Source of the DNA: a virus
Taxonomy: Duplodnaviria; Caudoviricetes
Reading direction: 5' to 3' (one strand)
DNA length: 35,590 bases
IMG/VR virus record: IMGVR_UViG_3300037419_002816
Span: 1-35,590 of that record
A program made the position numbers and the translations under genes. The notes under the pieces were generated by a model. That model was given only the letters and a program-made list of their open reading frames with translations. It had not been told where the DNA came from and did not search any database. This document shows positions 17,439 through 26,027 of this stretch, piece by piece (position 1 is the first letter of the stretch; each line of letters starts with the position of its first letter).

Positions 17439-18541
17439 TGTCCTCCAAGAACATGAAGCGCGTCGCCGCGCAGCGGCTCGACACCGCGTACAACTTCACC
17501 CTCGCGCCGGTCGCTGAGGCCGCCGTGGAGGCCGCAGGCTCCGACACCGTCCTCATGCCGTTCCTGCCGGCGCAGGGCTCTATCGGGCGCGACGGCCGCG
17601 GCCCGTTCACCTACGACCTCGACGTCGTGATGGCGAACATCCGGGCGAACGCGCAAGACATCCCTGTGTTCCTCGACCACCAGCCTGGCAAGGCATACGG
17701 CTGGCAGTCGTACACCGCAGACCCGGTGGAGAACGCAGACGGCACGTACTCCCTGCCCGCCAAGATGACCGGCGACGGACTGCTGCACCTGCGCACGCAG
17801 GCCTATCGGTACAACAGCCCGACTTGGTTGTTCATCCAAGACCCCGCCATCACCGACCGCCAAGCCGGCCGCATCGTCGGCCTGGTCGAGAACTCGCTCG
17901 TGAATCTGCCGAACCAGTACTTCCGCTCCCTCAACGCGGCGGAACAGGGTGCCTATACGGCATTGATTCCCTCCGAAACGGAACCCAACCCAATGACCCC
18001 CGAACAATTGGCCCTCCTGGGCCTGGCCGAAGGCGCCACTCCCGAGCAAATCACCACTGCTCTCAACGCGCTGAGGGCCTCTGCCAACAAGGCCGAAGCC
18101 ATCATCACCGCCGCCGGCGCTGCGGCCGACGCCGACGCCCCCGCCGTGGTCGAAGCCGCTGCCAACTCGCGCGTGACCGCCGGCACCCTGGTGACCAAGC
18201 AGGCCTACGACGCCGTCGTGACTGCCCGCGACGAGGCGGTGACCTCCCTGAACACCCTGCGCGCTGACGTTGCCAAGCAGGCCGTCACCGACGCCGTGAC
18301 CGCCGCCAGCGAGCAGGGCCGCTGCACTCCTGCGGAGCGCGAGGACCTCATCGACTACGGCACGTCCCAGGGCGTGGAGAAGCTGAAGGCCATGCTGGCC
18401 AAGCGCCCCGTGCACAAGGCCGCCCAAGGCATGCAGACGCCCGCCGACACCGGCGCCGAAGCGGCCGACCCCGCCGCCGACTACGCGACCACGGCTCTCG
18501 GCATCACGCCCGAAACCTTCAAGGCAGGCAAGGCCGCGTAA
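17438..18541 (+). CDS. Mu-like prohead protease I with C-terminal scaffold (Z)
   Basis: GRDGRGP, IPVFLDH, AYGW, YRYNSP, SLVNLPN; Ala-rich scaffold beginning MTPEQLALLGL at 17993. Confidence 0.88.
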   Translation: MSSKNMKRVAAQRLDTAYNFTLAPVAEAAVEAAGSDTVLMPFLPAQGSIGRDGRGPFTYDLDVVMANIRANAQDIPVFLDHQPGKAYGWQSYTADPVENADGTYSLPAKMTGDGLLHLRTQAYRYNSPTWLFIQDPAITDRQAGRIVGLVENSLVNLPNQYFRSLNAAEQGAYTALIPSETEPNPMTPEQLALLGLAEGATPEQITTALNALRASANKAEAIITAAGAAADADAPAVVEAAANSRVTAGTLVTKQAYDAVVTARDEAVTSLNTLRADVAKQAVTDAVTAASEQGRCTPAEREDLIDYGTSQGVEKLKAMLAKRPVHKAAQGMQTPADTGAEAADPAADYATTALGITPETFKAGKAA

Positions 18542-18586
18542 GCGGTTCCTATACCTGGCACGAACCCCTCTTTTCAGAAAGACGCA

Positions 18587-19534
18587 ATGTCCGGAAACGC
18601 CACCCCCACCATCACGCTGCCCGAGAAAGTCCGGGCGCTGCTCACGTCCTTCAAGGGCATCTTCCAGGGCGCTCTGGCCCAAACGCCTTCGAACGCGATG
18701 AAGTTCGCGACCAAGGTGACCTCGACCTCCGTGTCGAACACGTACGCCTGGCTGGGCCAGTCCTCCAGCTTCCGCGAGTGGGTCGGTGCCCGCGTTGCGC
18801 AATCGGTCGCGAAGTTCGCGTACATGATTGTCAACAAGGACTACGAAATGACCCAGGTCGTCCCGAAGACGGCCATCGAGGACGACCAGGTTGGCATCTA
18901 CACGCCGCTGGTGGCCGACATGGGCGAGTCCGCGATGCGTGACGTGGACGAGAAGATTTTCGGCGCCCTGAAGAACGGCACGACCGGTGTCTGCTTCGAT
19001 GGCCTGCCGTACTTCCACGAGGCCCACCCGGTGCAGTTCGACGAAGAAGGCAACGCCGTCGCTGGTTCGCCGACGTACAGCAACCTGCTGAAGGTCACCG
19101 GCGACAACGCCGTGCAAGGCCCGGCCTGGATTGTTTGCTGCACTGCGCGCCAAATCAAGCCGGTCATCTACCAGGAGCGTAAGGCCCCGGTGTTCGTGTC
19201 CAAGACCGCGCTGACCGACGAGAACGTGTTCCACAACAACGAGTTCATCTTCGGTGCCGACAAGCGCGACGCCGTGGGCTACACCCTGCCGCAATTGGCA
19301 GTGATGTCCACCCAGCCGCTGACCCCCGCCAACTTCGCGAAGGCAGTGGCCCTCATCGAAGGCGCTACCGGCGACAAGGGCAAGAAGCTGGGCCTGACGG
19401 TCACCGACCTCATCACCGGCACCGACCTGCGCGTCGACGCCATGGACATCCTGAAGGCCGAGAAGACCACGGGCGGCAAGTCCAACATCTGGAAGGACTA
19501 CTGCGCGCTGACCGTGACCGGCTACATGGACTAA
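18587..19534 (+). CDS. Major capsid protein, Mu gpT family
   Basis: TYAWLG...REWVG.R, NKDYE.T..V...IEDD.VG.Y, CFDG.PYF...HP, KPVIYQER. Confidence 0.92.
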   Translation: MSGNATPTITLPEKVRALLTSFKGIFQGALAQTPSNAMKFATKVTSTSVSNTYAWLGQSSSFREWVGARVAQSVAKFAYMIVNKDYEMTQVVPKTAIEDDQVGIYTPLVADMGESAMRDVDEKIFGALKNGTTGVCFDGLPYFHEAHPVQFDEEGNAVAGSPTYSNLLKVTGDNAVQGPAWIVCCTARQIKPVIYQERKAPVFVSKTALTDENVFHNNEFIFGADKRDAVGYTLPQLAVMSTQPLTPANFAKAVALIEGATGDKGKKLGLTVTDLITGTDLRVDAMDILKAEKTTGGKSNIWKDYCALTVTGYMD

Positions 19535-19611
19535 GCGTCCGGCAGCCTCACTAGCCAACCCGAAGGGGCTGAGGTCCAAAGCCTCGGCCCCTCTCTCATT
19601 GAAAGCATGCA

Positions 19612-19926
19612 ATGACCACGAAGTACACCGGCAACACAAAGACCACGCGGGAGCAAATTCCCACTGGCTCGAGCGCCATCATTCCTGTCGACGCCGCCCA
19701 GTGCACCATCGTCGCGGAGCCTGGCGCCGAGGGCAGCATCCTGGTGGAGTTCACCATCTCCGCGGGCGAGCACATCGAAGCAGGTGACGCCATCTGGGCA
19801 CCGGCCCAGGGCATGGGCGTCTCGGGCGTGGTGACGTTGAAGACCCTTGACGTCATTCCCAGCGCCATCACGGCTGTGCGCGTCACGGCAAACGACGCTG
19901 ATGGCCGCGTGGAGGTGGCTCAATGA
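19612..19926 (+). CDS. Putative head decoration or structural protein
   Basis: 104-aa beta-rich ORF directly after the capsid gene and a hairpin. Confidence 0.5.
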   Translation: MTTKYTGNTKTTREQIPTGSSAIIPVDAAQCTIVAEPGAEGSILVEFTISAGEHIEAGDAIWAPAQGMGVSGVVTLKTLDVIPSAITAVRVTANDADGRVEVAQ

Positions 19927-21605
19927 GCGCTTTCAAAGCCGAAGGCGGCGGGGGCGGTGGCGGCATTAGCCCCGAGGTGCTGGACACCCTGGTGACGGAC
20001 CCTGAACTCGCCAGCACGAAGGCGGCAATCCTGGCCGCCGTGGCCACCCCTGCCTCCGTGCAGGCCGTGAAGGACGACACAACGGCCCTCAAGGCCGACA
20101 CGGCCGCACTGAAGACTAGCGTGGGCGGCAAGGCGTCTCAGGCATCCGTCGACGCAATCAAATCCGACACTGACGCATTGAAGGCAGCGGTGGCCACGCT
20201 GCCGGCTAGCGGCGTCATCACCGGGGACGGCGACAACACGCGTACGCTGCTGGGTACCGTCAAGCAGAACCTGCTGGACGGGCTGGCCGCAACGCAGACG
20301 GCCCTCACGAACCTGCTGAACTCGCTCACGGGGAAGGTCGATGCAGTCAAAGCGGATACTGCCAATATCGTTGCAGGCCAAGGCGGCCTCGCCACGCTCG
20401 GCAACCAGGCTGCCGCCAAGGCCGTCATCGACGCCATCAAGGCCGACACCACCAACATCCTGGCAGGCCAGGCCACCGCCGGCGCCGCCAAGGGCGAGGT
20501 GCGCCTGCTCAAGACCCTTGCCAACGCCGTGGTCGCAGGCTGGACGCGCCTGACGGGCCTCAACGCACCGGGCACGCTGTTCTCGCAGGGCCGCGTCATG
20601 CTGGCCAACTTCGACTACGCTGCCGCGGGCTACGACTTCTCGACCGCGTTCGCGAACACCGCGCAGGTGCTGGGGCAAGACGGGCTCGTGTACTTCATCC
20701 ACTCCTCGGGGTACCTGCGCGCGTTCAACCCGAACACAGAGCAGTGGAGCATCAAGGCGAACTGCGCCGCGGGCACGACCCTAAGCAACTTCTATAACGC
20801 GGCCGCCGTCGGCCGCTACATCCACTACTTCTGCGCCTCGACGGGGTACCTCAGCAACTGGCGCTACGACACGCAGACGGACTCCTGGGTTGCCAAAGCG
20901 AACCTGCCCGCGCTGCGTTTCATGCCTGGCTGCGGCTATGACGCGACCATCGACCGCGTGCTGCTTATCGGCGGCCACGCCAGCGCCACCACCAACGCCG
21001 CGAACATGAACGCGGACATTGCGGTGTACGACCCGACGAACAACACTTGGACGACCCGCCCCATGCCGCAGCGCATGGCCCGCGTGCGCGTGGTGCCCCT
21101 GGGCGCCGGCAAGTTCTTCGTCCTGCCCGGCTCGTTGAGTGACGGCACGACCGTCACCGGCAACACTGCCGGCCTGTGCTGGGTCTACGACTACGTGGCC
21201 GATACGTGGACCGCCTGCGACGCGCTGGACGCGAGCATCGCCACCGGAAGCTACAACCAGACCACCAGCGGCGTGCATGCGCTGGTCAACGGCAAGGTGC
21301 TGCTCATCCCCCTGAACCCGCCGGGCTCGGGCGGTCGCGGCCGCATCTTCGACCCCACGGCAGCCGCGGGCCAGCAGTGGAGCAACTTCTACCTGTCCGC
21401 CACCGGCGGCTCCGGCTCCGGCCTGTGGACGCAGTTCGAGACCGGCCAGACCAACATTCACTGCACGGGTACGGTGCTGCCCAACGGACTGGTGCTGTGC
21501 GACATCACGCCCGGCGCCGGCAACGGAAACATCCTGGTCTACGTCAGCACGAACATGGACGGCACCACCCCCCAGGGCGACCTCGGCTACTGGGTCAAGA
21601 ACTAA
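19923..21605 (+). CDS. Fibre-like protein: coiled-coil stalk plus Kelch-repeat beta-propeller
   Basis: Repeated (V/I)K(A/S)DT heptads, then Kelch-like repeats (FNPNTEQW, YDTQTDSW, LIGG..YDPTNNTW, YDYVADTW, FDP...QW). Confidence 0.7.
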   Translation: MSAFKAEGGGGGGGISPEVLDTLVTDPELASTKAAILAAVATPASVQAVKDDTTALKADTAALKTSVGGKASQASVDAIKSDTDALKAAVATLPASGVITGDGDNTRTLLGTVKQNLLDGLAATQTALTNLLNSLTGKVDAVKADTANIVAGQGGLATLGNQAAAKAVIDAIKADTTNILAGQATAGAAKGEVRLLKTLANAVVAGWTRLTGLNAPGTLFSQGRVMLANFDYAAAGYDFSTAFANTAQVLGQDGLVYFIHSSGYLRAFNPNTEQWSIKANCAAGTTLSNFYNAAAVGRYIHYFCASTGYLSNWRYDTQTDSWVAKANLPALRFMPGCGYDATIDRVLLIGGHASATTNAANMNADIAVYDPTNNTWTTRPMPQRMARVRVVPLGAGKFFVLPGSLSDGTTVTGNTAGLCWVYDYVADTWTACDALDASIATGSYNQTTSGVHALVNGKVLLIPLNPPGSGGRGRIFDPTAAAGQQWSNFYLSATGGSGSGLWTQFETGQTNIHCTGTVLPNGLVLCDITPGAGNGNILVYVSTNMDGTTPQGDLGYWVKN

Positions 21606-21618
21606 GGGAGAACGGGAC

Positions 21619-21831
21619 ATGGAAGCAACCATCACCATCGAGCCGGCCGAGCACGGCCAAGGCTTCGCCTACAGGGTGGAGACCAGCGCCGGCCACCGCA
21701 TCATCGCGGACTACGCACCGGAGGCCGCCGGCAACGTCCCTATGAAAACCGAAGCGGAGGCGCGAGCCTTCGCCGAGGCGGACGTGGCACGCCTGCAAGC
21801 GGACGAAGCGGCCCAGCCCGCCGGCGAGTAA
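21619..21831 (+). CDS. Small protein, possible fibre chaperone (DUF4907-like pattern)
   Basis: GFAYRV...DYAP...G..PM.TEAEA; follows the fibre gene. Confidence 0.45.
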   Translation: MEATITIEPAEHGQGFAYRVETSAGHRIIADYAPEAAGNVPMKTEAEARAFAEADVARLQADEAAQPAGE

Positions 21832-21837
21832 GCCGAC

Positions 21838-21860
21838 AGCCCGCCTCGCGCGGGCTCTTT
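21838..21860 (+). terminator. Rho-independent terminator
   Basis: AGCCCGC-CTCGC-GCGGGCT-CTTT, identical stem to 6253. Confidence 0.65.
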
Positions 21861-21874
21861 CTCGTCCCGAACGC

Positions 21875-21906
21875 AAACGTATAAATCTTCGCGTTCATTT
21901 ATTCAC
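21875..21906 (+). promoter_or_regulatory. Operator-like repeat copy 4
   Basis: AAACGTATAAATCTTCGCGTTCATTTATTCAC; CTACACG at 21914. Confidence 0.75.
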
Positions 21907-21971
21907 GCGGTTCCTACACGTCGTAGGTAGCTGGGATTTCTGGCTGCCAACAACACACAAGGAGCCTCGCA

Positions 21972-22265
21972 ATGTCCCTTCTTTCCATCATCGCCCATGC
22001 GCTGGCCGGCGTGCCCATGGGCTACAACCTCGACCGCGTCGCACTTCGCCGCGGGACCGACTACACCCAGCGCTCCCGCAGCAAGTACACCCCGCACGAG
22101 GGCAAGCGCCAGCAGGAGCGCCACCGCCTCCAGCGCCAAACCGCAGTGGTCATGGAGCCGGCCAACACCTTCACCGGCTTCAGGCCTCGCGTGATGAACG
22201 CCTGGCTTGCTCGCAATCGCAAGTGGTGGGCTGTGGCCGATGCCGCGGAAGGCGGTGCCCGATGA
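21972..22265 (+). CDS. Hypothetical basic protein (97 aa)
   Basis: AAGGAG SD; SKYTPHEG motif. Confidence 0.6.
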   Translation: MSLLSIIAHALAGVPMGYNLDRVALRRGTDYTQRSRSKYTPHEGKRQQERHRLQRQTAVVMEPANTFTGFRPRVMNAWLARNRKWWAVADAAEGGAR

Positions 22266-22483
22266 CATTCGGCAAGCGCCTGGGCATTGCCCTCTCCCTC
22301 GCCGGCCTGGTGGCCCTCCTGGCCCTGACCATGGGCGGCATGACGCTCGAAGTCGCCGGTGCGCTGGTCCTCTTCGTCCTGGCAGTCCTGGCGTGCGTGC
22401 CGGACGCGCACCTGGAGCCGATGCCCGAGGTTGGGGACGACTTCCTGACCGCGCACCTCGCCATTGCCACGCGGGAGGCGTGA
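22262..22483 (+). CDS. Two-TM membrane protein (73 aa)
   Basis: ATGA overlap; two hydrophobic helices. Confidence 0.55.
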   Translation: MTFGKRLGIALSLAGLVALLALTMGGMTLEVAGALVLFVLAVLACVPDAHLEPMPEVGDDFLTAHLAIATREA

Positions 22484-22785
22484 TGAAAGCAACCGAACTG
22501 ATTTCCAAGCTGCAAGCGCATCACCAGCGCAACCTGGATGATGGATATGACGACCCGGTGGCACGCCAAGCCGCGGCACAGTGCCTGGTTTATGAGGCCC
22601 TCTACGACGCCCAGCAAGGCGAGTCACTGCACGACCACTCGTACTGGAACACGGACACGGACTACTACGTGGATTTTTACACCCTGCCATCTGCTGGCAC
22701 GGTACGGCGTCTCTACGAGGCTGCGGCCCTACTTCTCGAAGTGGTTGGCGTGACCGTGCACTTCAACGACTTTTCGATGCAATGA
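22483..22785 (+). CDS. Hypothetical protein (100 aa)
   Basis: GGAGG SD, TGATG overlap; starts MKATELISKLQA. Confidence 0.6.
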   Translation: MKATELISKLQAHHQRNLDDGYDDPVARQAAAQCLVYEALYDAQQGESLHDHSYWNTDTDYYVDFYTLPSAGTVRRLYEAAALLLEVVGVTVHFNDFSMQ

Positions 22786-22961
22786 CCCTCTCCGAACTGA
22801 TTGCACAACTCCAAGCCATCGAGGCGGTCGAGGGCGGTGACATTCCCGTGCACGATGTGAACCACTTCCACCCCATATGCGGCGACCCCGAGGTGGTCCG
22901 GGTCGACGACGAGGGCTACCCAACCGGCGACGAGACCGGACGCAAGGTGGTCCACCTCTGA
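22782..22961 (+). CDS. Hypothetical acidic protein (59 aa)
   Basis: ATGA overlap; MTLSELIAQLQA...; followed by a GCCCC-TTCG-GGGGC hairpin. Confidence 0.55.
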   Translation: MTLSELIAQLQAIEAVEGGDIPVHDVNHFHPICGDPEVVRVDDEGYPTGDETGRKVVHL

Positions 22962-23041
22962 CACCAAGCCCCTTCGGGGGCTGTTTCATACGGGATTCAT
23001 ACGACGTATCAAACCGACCGGCCCGAGGCGCTCCTGGCCGC

Positions 23042-23057
23042 GGTTTCTCGTGAAACA
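23042..23057. other. parS-like palindrome
   Basis: GGTTTCTCGTGAAACA, 14/16 match to TGTTTCACGTGAAACA. Confidence 0.45.
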
Positions 23058-23085
23058 CCGAAGCGTTCCACGCATCGGGCCAGGC

Positions 23086-23208
23086 TCACTTCATCAGCGC
23101 CATTGCCAGCAAGGCAGCAACGAACGCCAGGCCGCCGACAGTCGCCAGGCCCCAGATGACAACACTGGCCGCGTGTTCCTCGCTCTTGAAGAAGTCTCGA
23201 AGGTGCAT
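23086..23208 (-). CDS. Small membrane peptide (40 aa)
   Basis: MHLRDFFKSEEHAASVVIWGLATVGGLAFVAALLAMALMK. Confidence 0.45.
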   Translation of the reverse strand: MHLRDFFKSEEHAASVVIWGLATVGGLAFVAALLAMALMK

Positions 23209-23253
23209 TGCGTCTTTGTACACGAAGGCGCGCTCGGTCGCTACACGAAGTGT

Positions 23254-23328
23254 CGCGCCGTGGAGCAGTGGCAGCTTCCTGGGTTCATTCCCCAGAGGTC
23301 GCGGGTTCGATTCCCGCCGGCGCAACCA
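23254..23328 (+). tRNA. tRNA-fMet (CAT), initiator type
   Basis: Full cloverleaf with C1:A72 mismatch, A11:U24, GGG/CCC in the anticodon stem, TTCGA T-loop, encoded CCA; anticodon at 23286-23288. Confidence 0.92.
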
Positions 23329-23357
23329 CCCTCAAAAACACATTCTCTGGAGCGCCC

Positions 23358-23558
23358 ATGGCAACGACCACCATCAAGTACTTCGCGTACGCCCACCTCC
23401 CCGCCCATCTCCAAGCCGTGAGCAAGCCGCTCGGCGACCTGGCCGCCCAGTTCGAGGCGGAACTGCCCGACGGCCCGGAGAAGAGCGCGGGCATGCGGAA
23501 GCTGCTCGAAGCCAAGGATTGCTTCGTTCGCGCGGCGCTGGAAGCCCCCAAGGCCTAA
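23358..23558 (+). CDS. Conserved small phage helical protein (possible Acb2/Tad1-like hairpin)
   Basis: FAYAHLP..LQ.VSKP...LPDGPEKSAGMRKLLEAKDCFVRA; GGAG SD. Confidence 0.6.
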   Translation: MATTTIKYFAYAHLPAHLQAVSKPLGDLAAQFEAELPDGPEKSAGMRKLLEAKDCFVRAALEAPKA

Positions 23559-23960
23559 ATGACTCCCCTGACCGTCTTCATCACGGCTGGCGACGTCGAC
23601 ACCGCTCTGGGGGCGGATGAAAAGACGCGCCTCGTCGCCGCCGGTCTGACGCCGGAGCGTTTCGCCGAAGTCATCGCCGACGTGAACGACGAAATTGCGG
23701 GCTTCGTCGGCGCCCGGATACTGGCCGCCGCGCCGCGCGCGTTCGTGAGCCACGGGTGCGCCATCGCGCGCTACCGCCTGCACTCCACCAAGGCTTCCGA
23801 CAAGGTCAAGGACGACCACGACCTTGCGTACAAATTTTTTGACCGCGTGGCGAAGGGCGACTACTACCTGGCCGAAGTGCCGGCGCCCGCGGACGAAAAC
23901 GCCTCGCCGGGCGGTTGGTTCATCGCGCAAGCCTCGCGCTTTTCCGGCAAGGCGTACTGA
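23559..23960 (+). CDS. Head-tail connector, Mu gp36/DUF1320 family
   Basis: I.D...EI.G, CAIARYRL, F..VAKG motifs. Confidence 0.8.
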   Translation: MTPLTVFITAGDVDTALGADEKTRLVAAGLTPERFAEVIADVNDEIAGFVGARILAAAPRAFVSHGCAIARYRLHSTKASDKVKDDHDLAYKFFDRVAKGDYYLAEVPAPADENASPGGWFIAQASRFSGKAY

Positions 23961-24406
23961 TGTCCGTGCGCGTCACCGTCCAGGACAAGGGCATCGGCAT
24001 GGCTCTGGCGACCATGACGAAGCTTCTGTCCGGGCAGATGGCGCCCATCTACCGTGCCGTCGGCTCCAAGGTGGAGTCGAACGTGCACGTGCGCTTCGAC
24101 ACCAAGTCGGACCCCGACGGCAAGCCCTGGGCAGAGTGGTCGCAGCCGCACGCCGCCAAGCGCAAGAAGGAAGGCCGAGGGACCATCCTTGAGTACACGG
24201 GCCGCATGCGCGACAGCCTCACCTATGTCGCCGACAACGAGGGCGTGGAGGTTGGCTTCGGCGTGGACTACGCCCAGTGGAACGAACCCACCCGACACAT
24301 GCTCTTTTCGGCCCACGGTGGCCTGAGCGAAGAAGACAAGAACGATGCGCTGAATGCCGCCATGAAGGCCCTGCGGCGCCAACTGAAAGCCGTAGGCGTG
24401 CAATGA
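23960..24406 (+). CDS. Virion morphogenesis protein (Mu gpG-like)
   Basis: RF....DPDGKPW, IL..TGRMRDS, VEVG...YA. Confidence 0.8.
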   Translation: MSVRVTVQDKGIGMALATMTKLLSGQMAPIYRAVGSKVESNVHVRFDTKSDPDGKPWAEWSQPHAAKRKKEGRGTILEYTGRMRDSLTYVADNEGVEVGFGVDYAQWNEPTRHMLFSAHGGLSEEDKNDALNAAMKALRRQLKAVGVQ

Positions 24407-24813
24407 ACTATCTACTCCCCCTCACCGTGACCGCCGAACGGCTCCGCGCGAGCCTGCCGGCCACGCTGCCTGTGCGCACCGCCGTCGACCTGGCGCAAGT
24501 GAAGGACCAGGCCATCGGCAGCCCGGAGGTCTGGGTCATCTTCCACCGTGACGACGTCAAGGATGCGGCGGGCACCACAACGCTCGTGCAGTTCCAGGTG
24601 GCTGTCATCTACCTCGCGCCCGGAGTCCTTCCGGACCTGGAGCGCGATGGTGAGGCGCTCACGGGTATCACAAAGGCAGTAGCTGGCTTCCAGCCGCCCC
24701 GCAGCACTGGCCTGGGCCCGTTCAAGCGCATCGGCTCGATGGTGCCGCAAACCTGGTCGGATGCCTCCCTGGTCGCTTACGGAATGCTGGTGGCCACCTC
24801 TGGGACGCTCTGA
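24403..24813 (+). CDS. Tail terminator (Mu gp37-like)
   Basis: Position, size and ...VAGFQPP pattern. Confidence 0.6.
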   Translation: MNYLLPLTVTAERLRASLPATLPVRTAVDLAQVKDQAIGSPEVWVIFHRDDVKDAAGTTTLVQFQVAVIYLAPGVLPDLERDGEALTGITKAVAGFQPPRSTGLGPFKRIGSMVPQTWSDASLVAYGMLVATSGTL

Positions 24814-24860
24814 GTGCCCTGTCGCTATACGAGCGGACTACCTGAAAGGCCTGGCCTCCA

Positions 24861-25565
24861 ATGACCCCCAAATTCGCTCAACTGCGCGGTGACTTCGCGC
24901 TCATGAACCTCACCCGCGGTGAGACGGTCTTCACGCCCGTCTTCGATGCGACGACCGGCTCTCTCACCCCCACGGTGAGCACCGAGAAGGTCCCGGGCAC
25001 CGGCAACAAGCGCGGCACCATCTACACCTACGAGACGGACCGCACGCTGTCGCTGGCCATCACGGCCAAATCGCGCCACAAGTACATGCTCGAGCAGTAC
25101 CTGCTCGGCGCCTCGAAGGTCGTTCCTGAAGGCTCCAACGTGACGTTCGACGTGCCGGCGCTGAAGCAGGGCCAAATCGTCGAACTGCCGGCGAAGAACA
25201 TCACCGACATCACCCTGACCGGCCTCGTCAACGGCGTCGACTATGAACTGTTCGCCAAGACCGGCGTCATCCAGGCCCTGAAGGACACCGTCGCAGCGGC
25301 CGGCTGCACCCTGGACCATGGCGAGTACGACGAAATCGGCGTCTTCTCCGCCGACGCCCAGCGCTTCGCCATCCTGTTCTTCTCGGAAGCCACCGGGCAG
25401 TCGTACAAGATGTACAACGGCCTGCTCGTCCCGAGCGGCGACTTCTCGCTCGTGCAGGAAAGCGGCATCGGCGAAGGCCAAGTGACCTTCGAACTGTCCG
25501 AAGCCACGAACGTGCCGGTGGACCCGCTTTTGGGCCGCTGGGGCCGCGCCTACAACGTGGACTAA
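24861..25565 (+). CDS. Major tail tube protein
   Basis: 234 aa, GVDYEL..KTGVI, PSGDFSL; lies before chaperone and TMP; no sheath gene present. Confidence 0.7.
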   Translation: MTPKFAQLRGDFALMNLTRGETVFTPVFDATTGSLTPTVSTEKVPGTGNKRGTIYTYETDRTLSLAITAKSRHKYMLEQYLLGASKVVPEGSNVTFDVPALKQGQIVELPAKNITDITLTGLVNGVDYELFAKTGVIQALKDTVAAAGCTLDHGEYDEIGVFSADAQRFAILFFSEATGQSYKMYNGLLVPSGDFSLVQESGIGEGQVTFELSEATNVPVDPLLGRWGRAYNVD

Positions 25566-25640
25566 GCCAACCTGGCTGTCGCTACACAAAGGGTGCCTCG
25601 ATGAGGCGCCCTTTTTCGTTTCACACACTCACGCGACCCA

Positions 25641-26027
25641 ATGGCTGAAAAACGTCTTCTCCACACGCCCATCGACATCACCGCGCAGGGCGAGACCATC
25701 TCTATCCTTCCGTTCGGCTTCGGCCAGCAGCCGCGCGTCATGGCCAAGCTGGCGCCGCTGTTCACGACGTTCCAGGCCGCCAGCGCCGGCGACGCGGTCT
25801 CCCTCGGCGACATCTTCGAGGCAGGCGGCGAAGGCCTCATGGAAGTCCTGGCGATTGCTGCCAAGAAGCCGCGCGAGTGGCTGGACACCCTCGACTACGA
25901 CGAGGGCAAGGCGCTCGCCAACGCGGTCTTCGAGGCGAACAAGGACACCCTCGTAAAAAAACTCCTGCCGGACCTGATGGCGCTGATGGCGGGCAAGGCT
26001 CCGGCGCAAACGGTGCCCGCAGCGTAA
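25641..26027 (+). CDS. Tail assembly chaperone (G)
   Basis: Lies between tube and TMP; contains an A7 slippery run at 25955-25961. Confidence 0.75.
   Translation: MAEKRLLHTPIDITAQGETISILPFGFGQQPRVMAKLAPLFTTFQAASAGDAVSLGDIFEAGGEGLMEVLAIAAKKPREWLDTLDYDEGKALANAVFEANKDTLVKKLLPDLMALMAGKAPAQTVPAA

Noticed and set aside
17195-19639. Long minus-strand ORFs (814 aa here; also 11579-13081, 27564-28931, 31339-33420, 5036-6253)
   Set aside because: They are antisense shadows of high-GC3 genes with no recognisable motifs.
19923-21605. Diversity-generating retroelement target
   Set aside because: No reverse transcriptase and no TR/VR repeat pair seen in the window.
1422-21906. Dispersed repeats as att, dif or attC sites
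   Set aside because: No recombinase in the window, no match to dif or attC structure, and fixed spacing to a promoter motif favours an operator.
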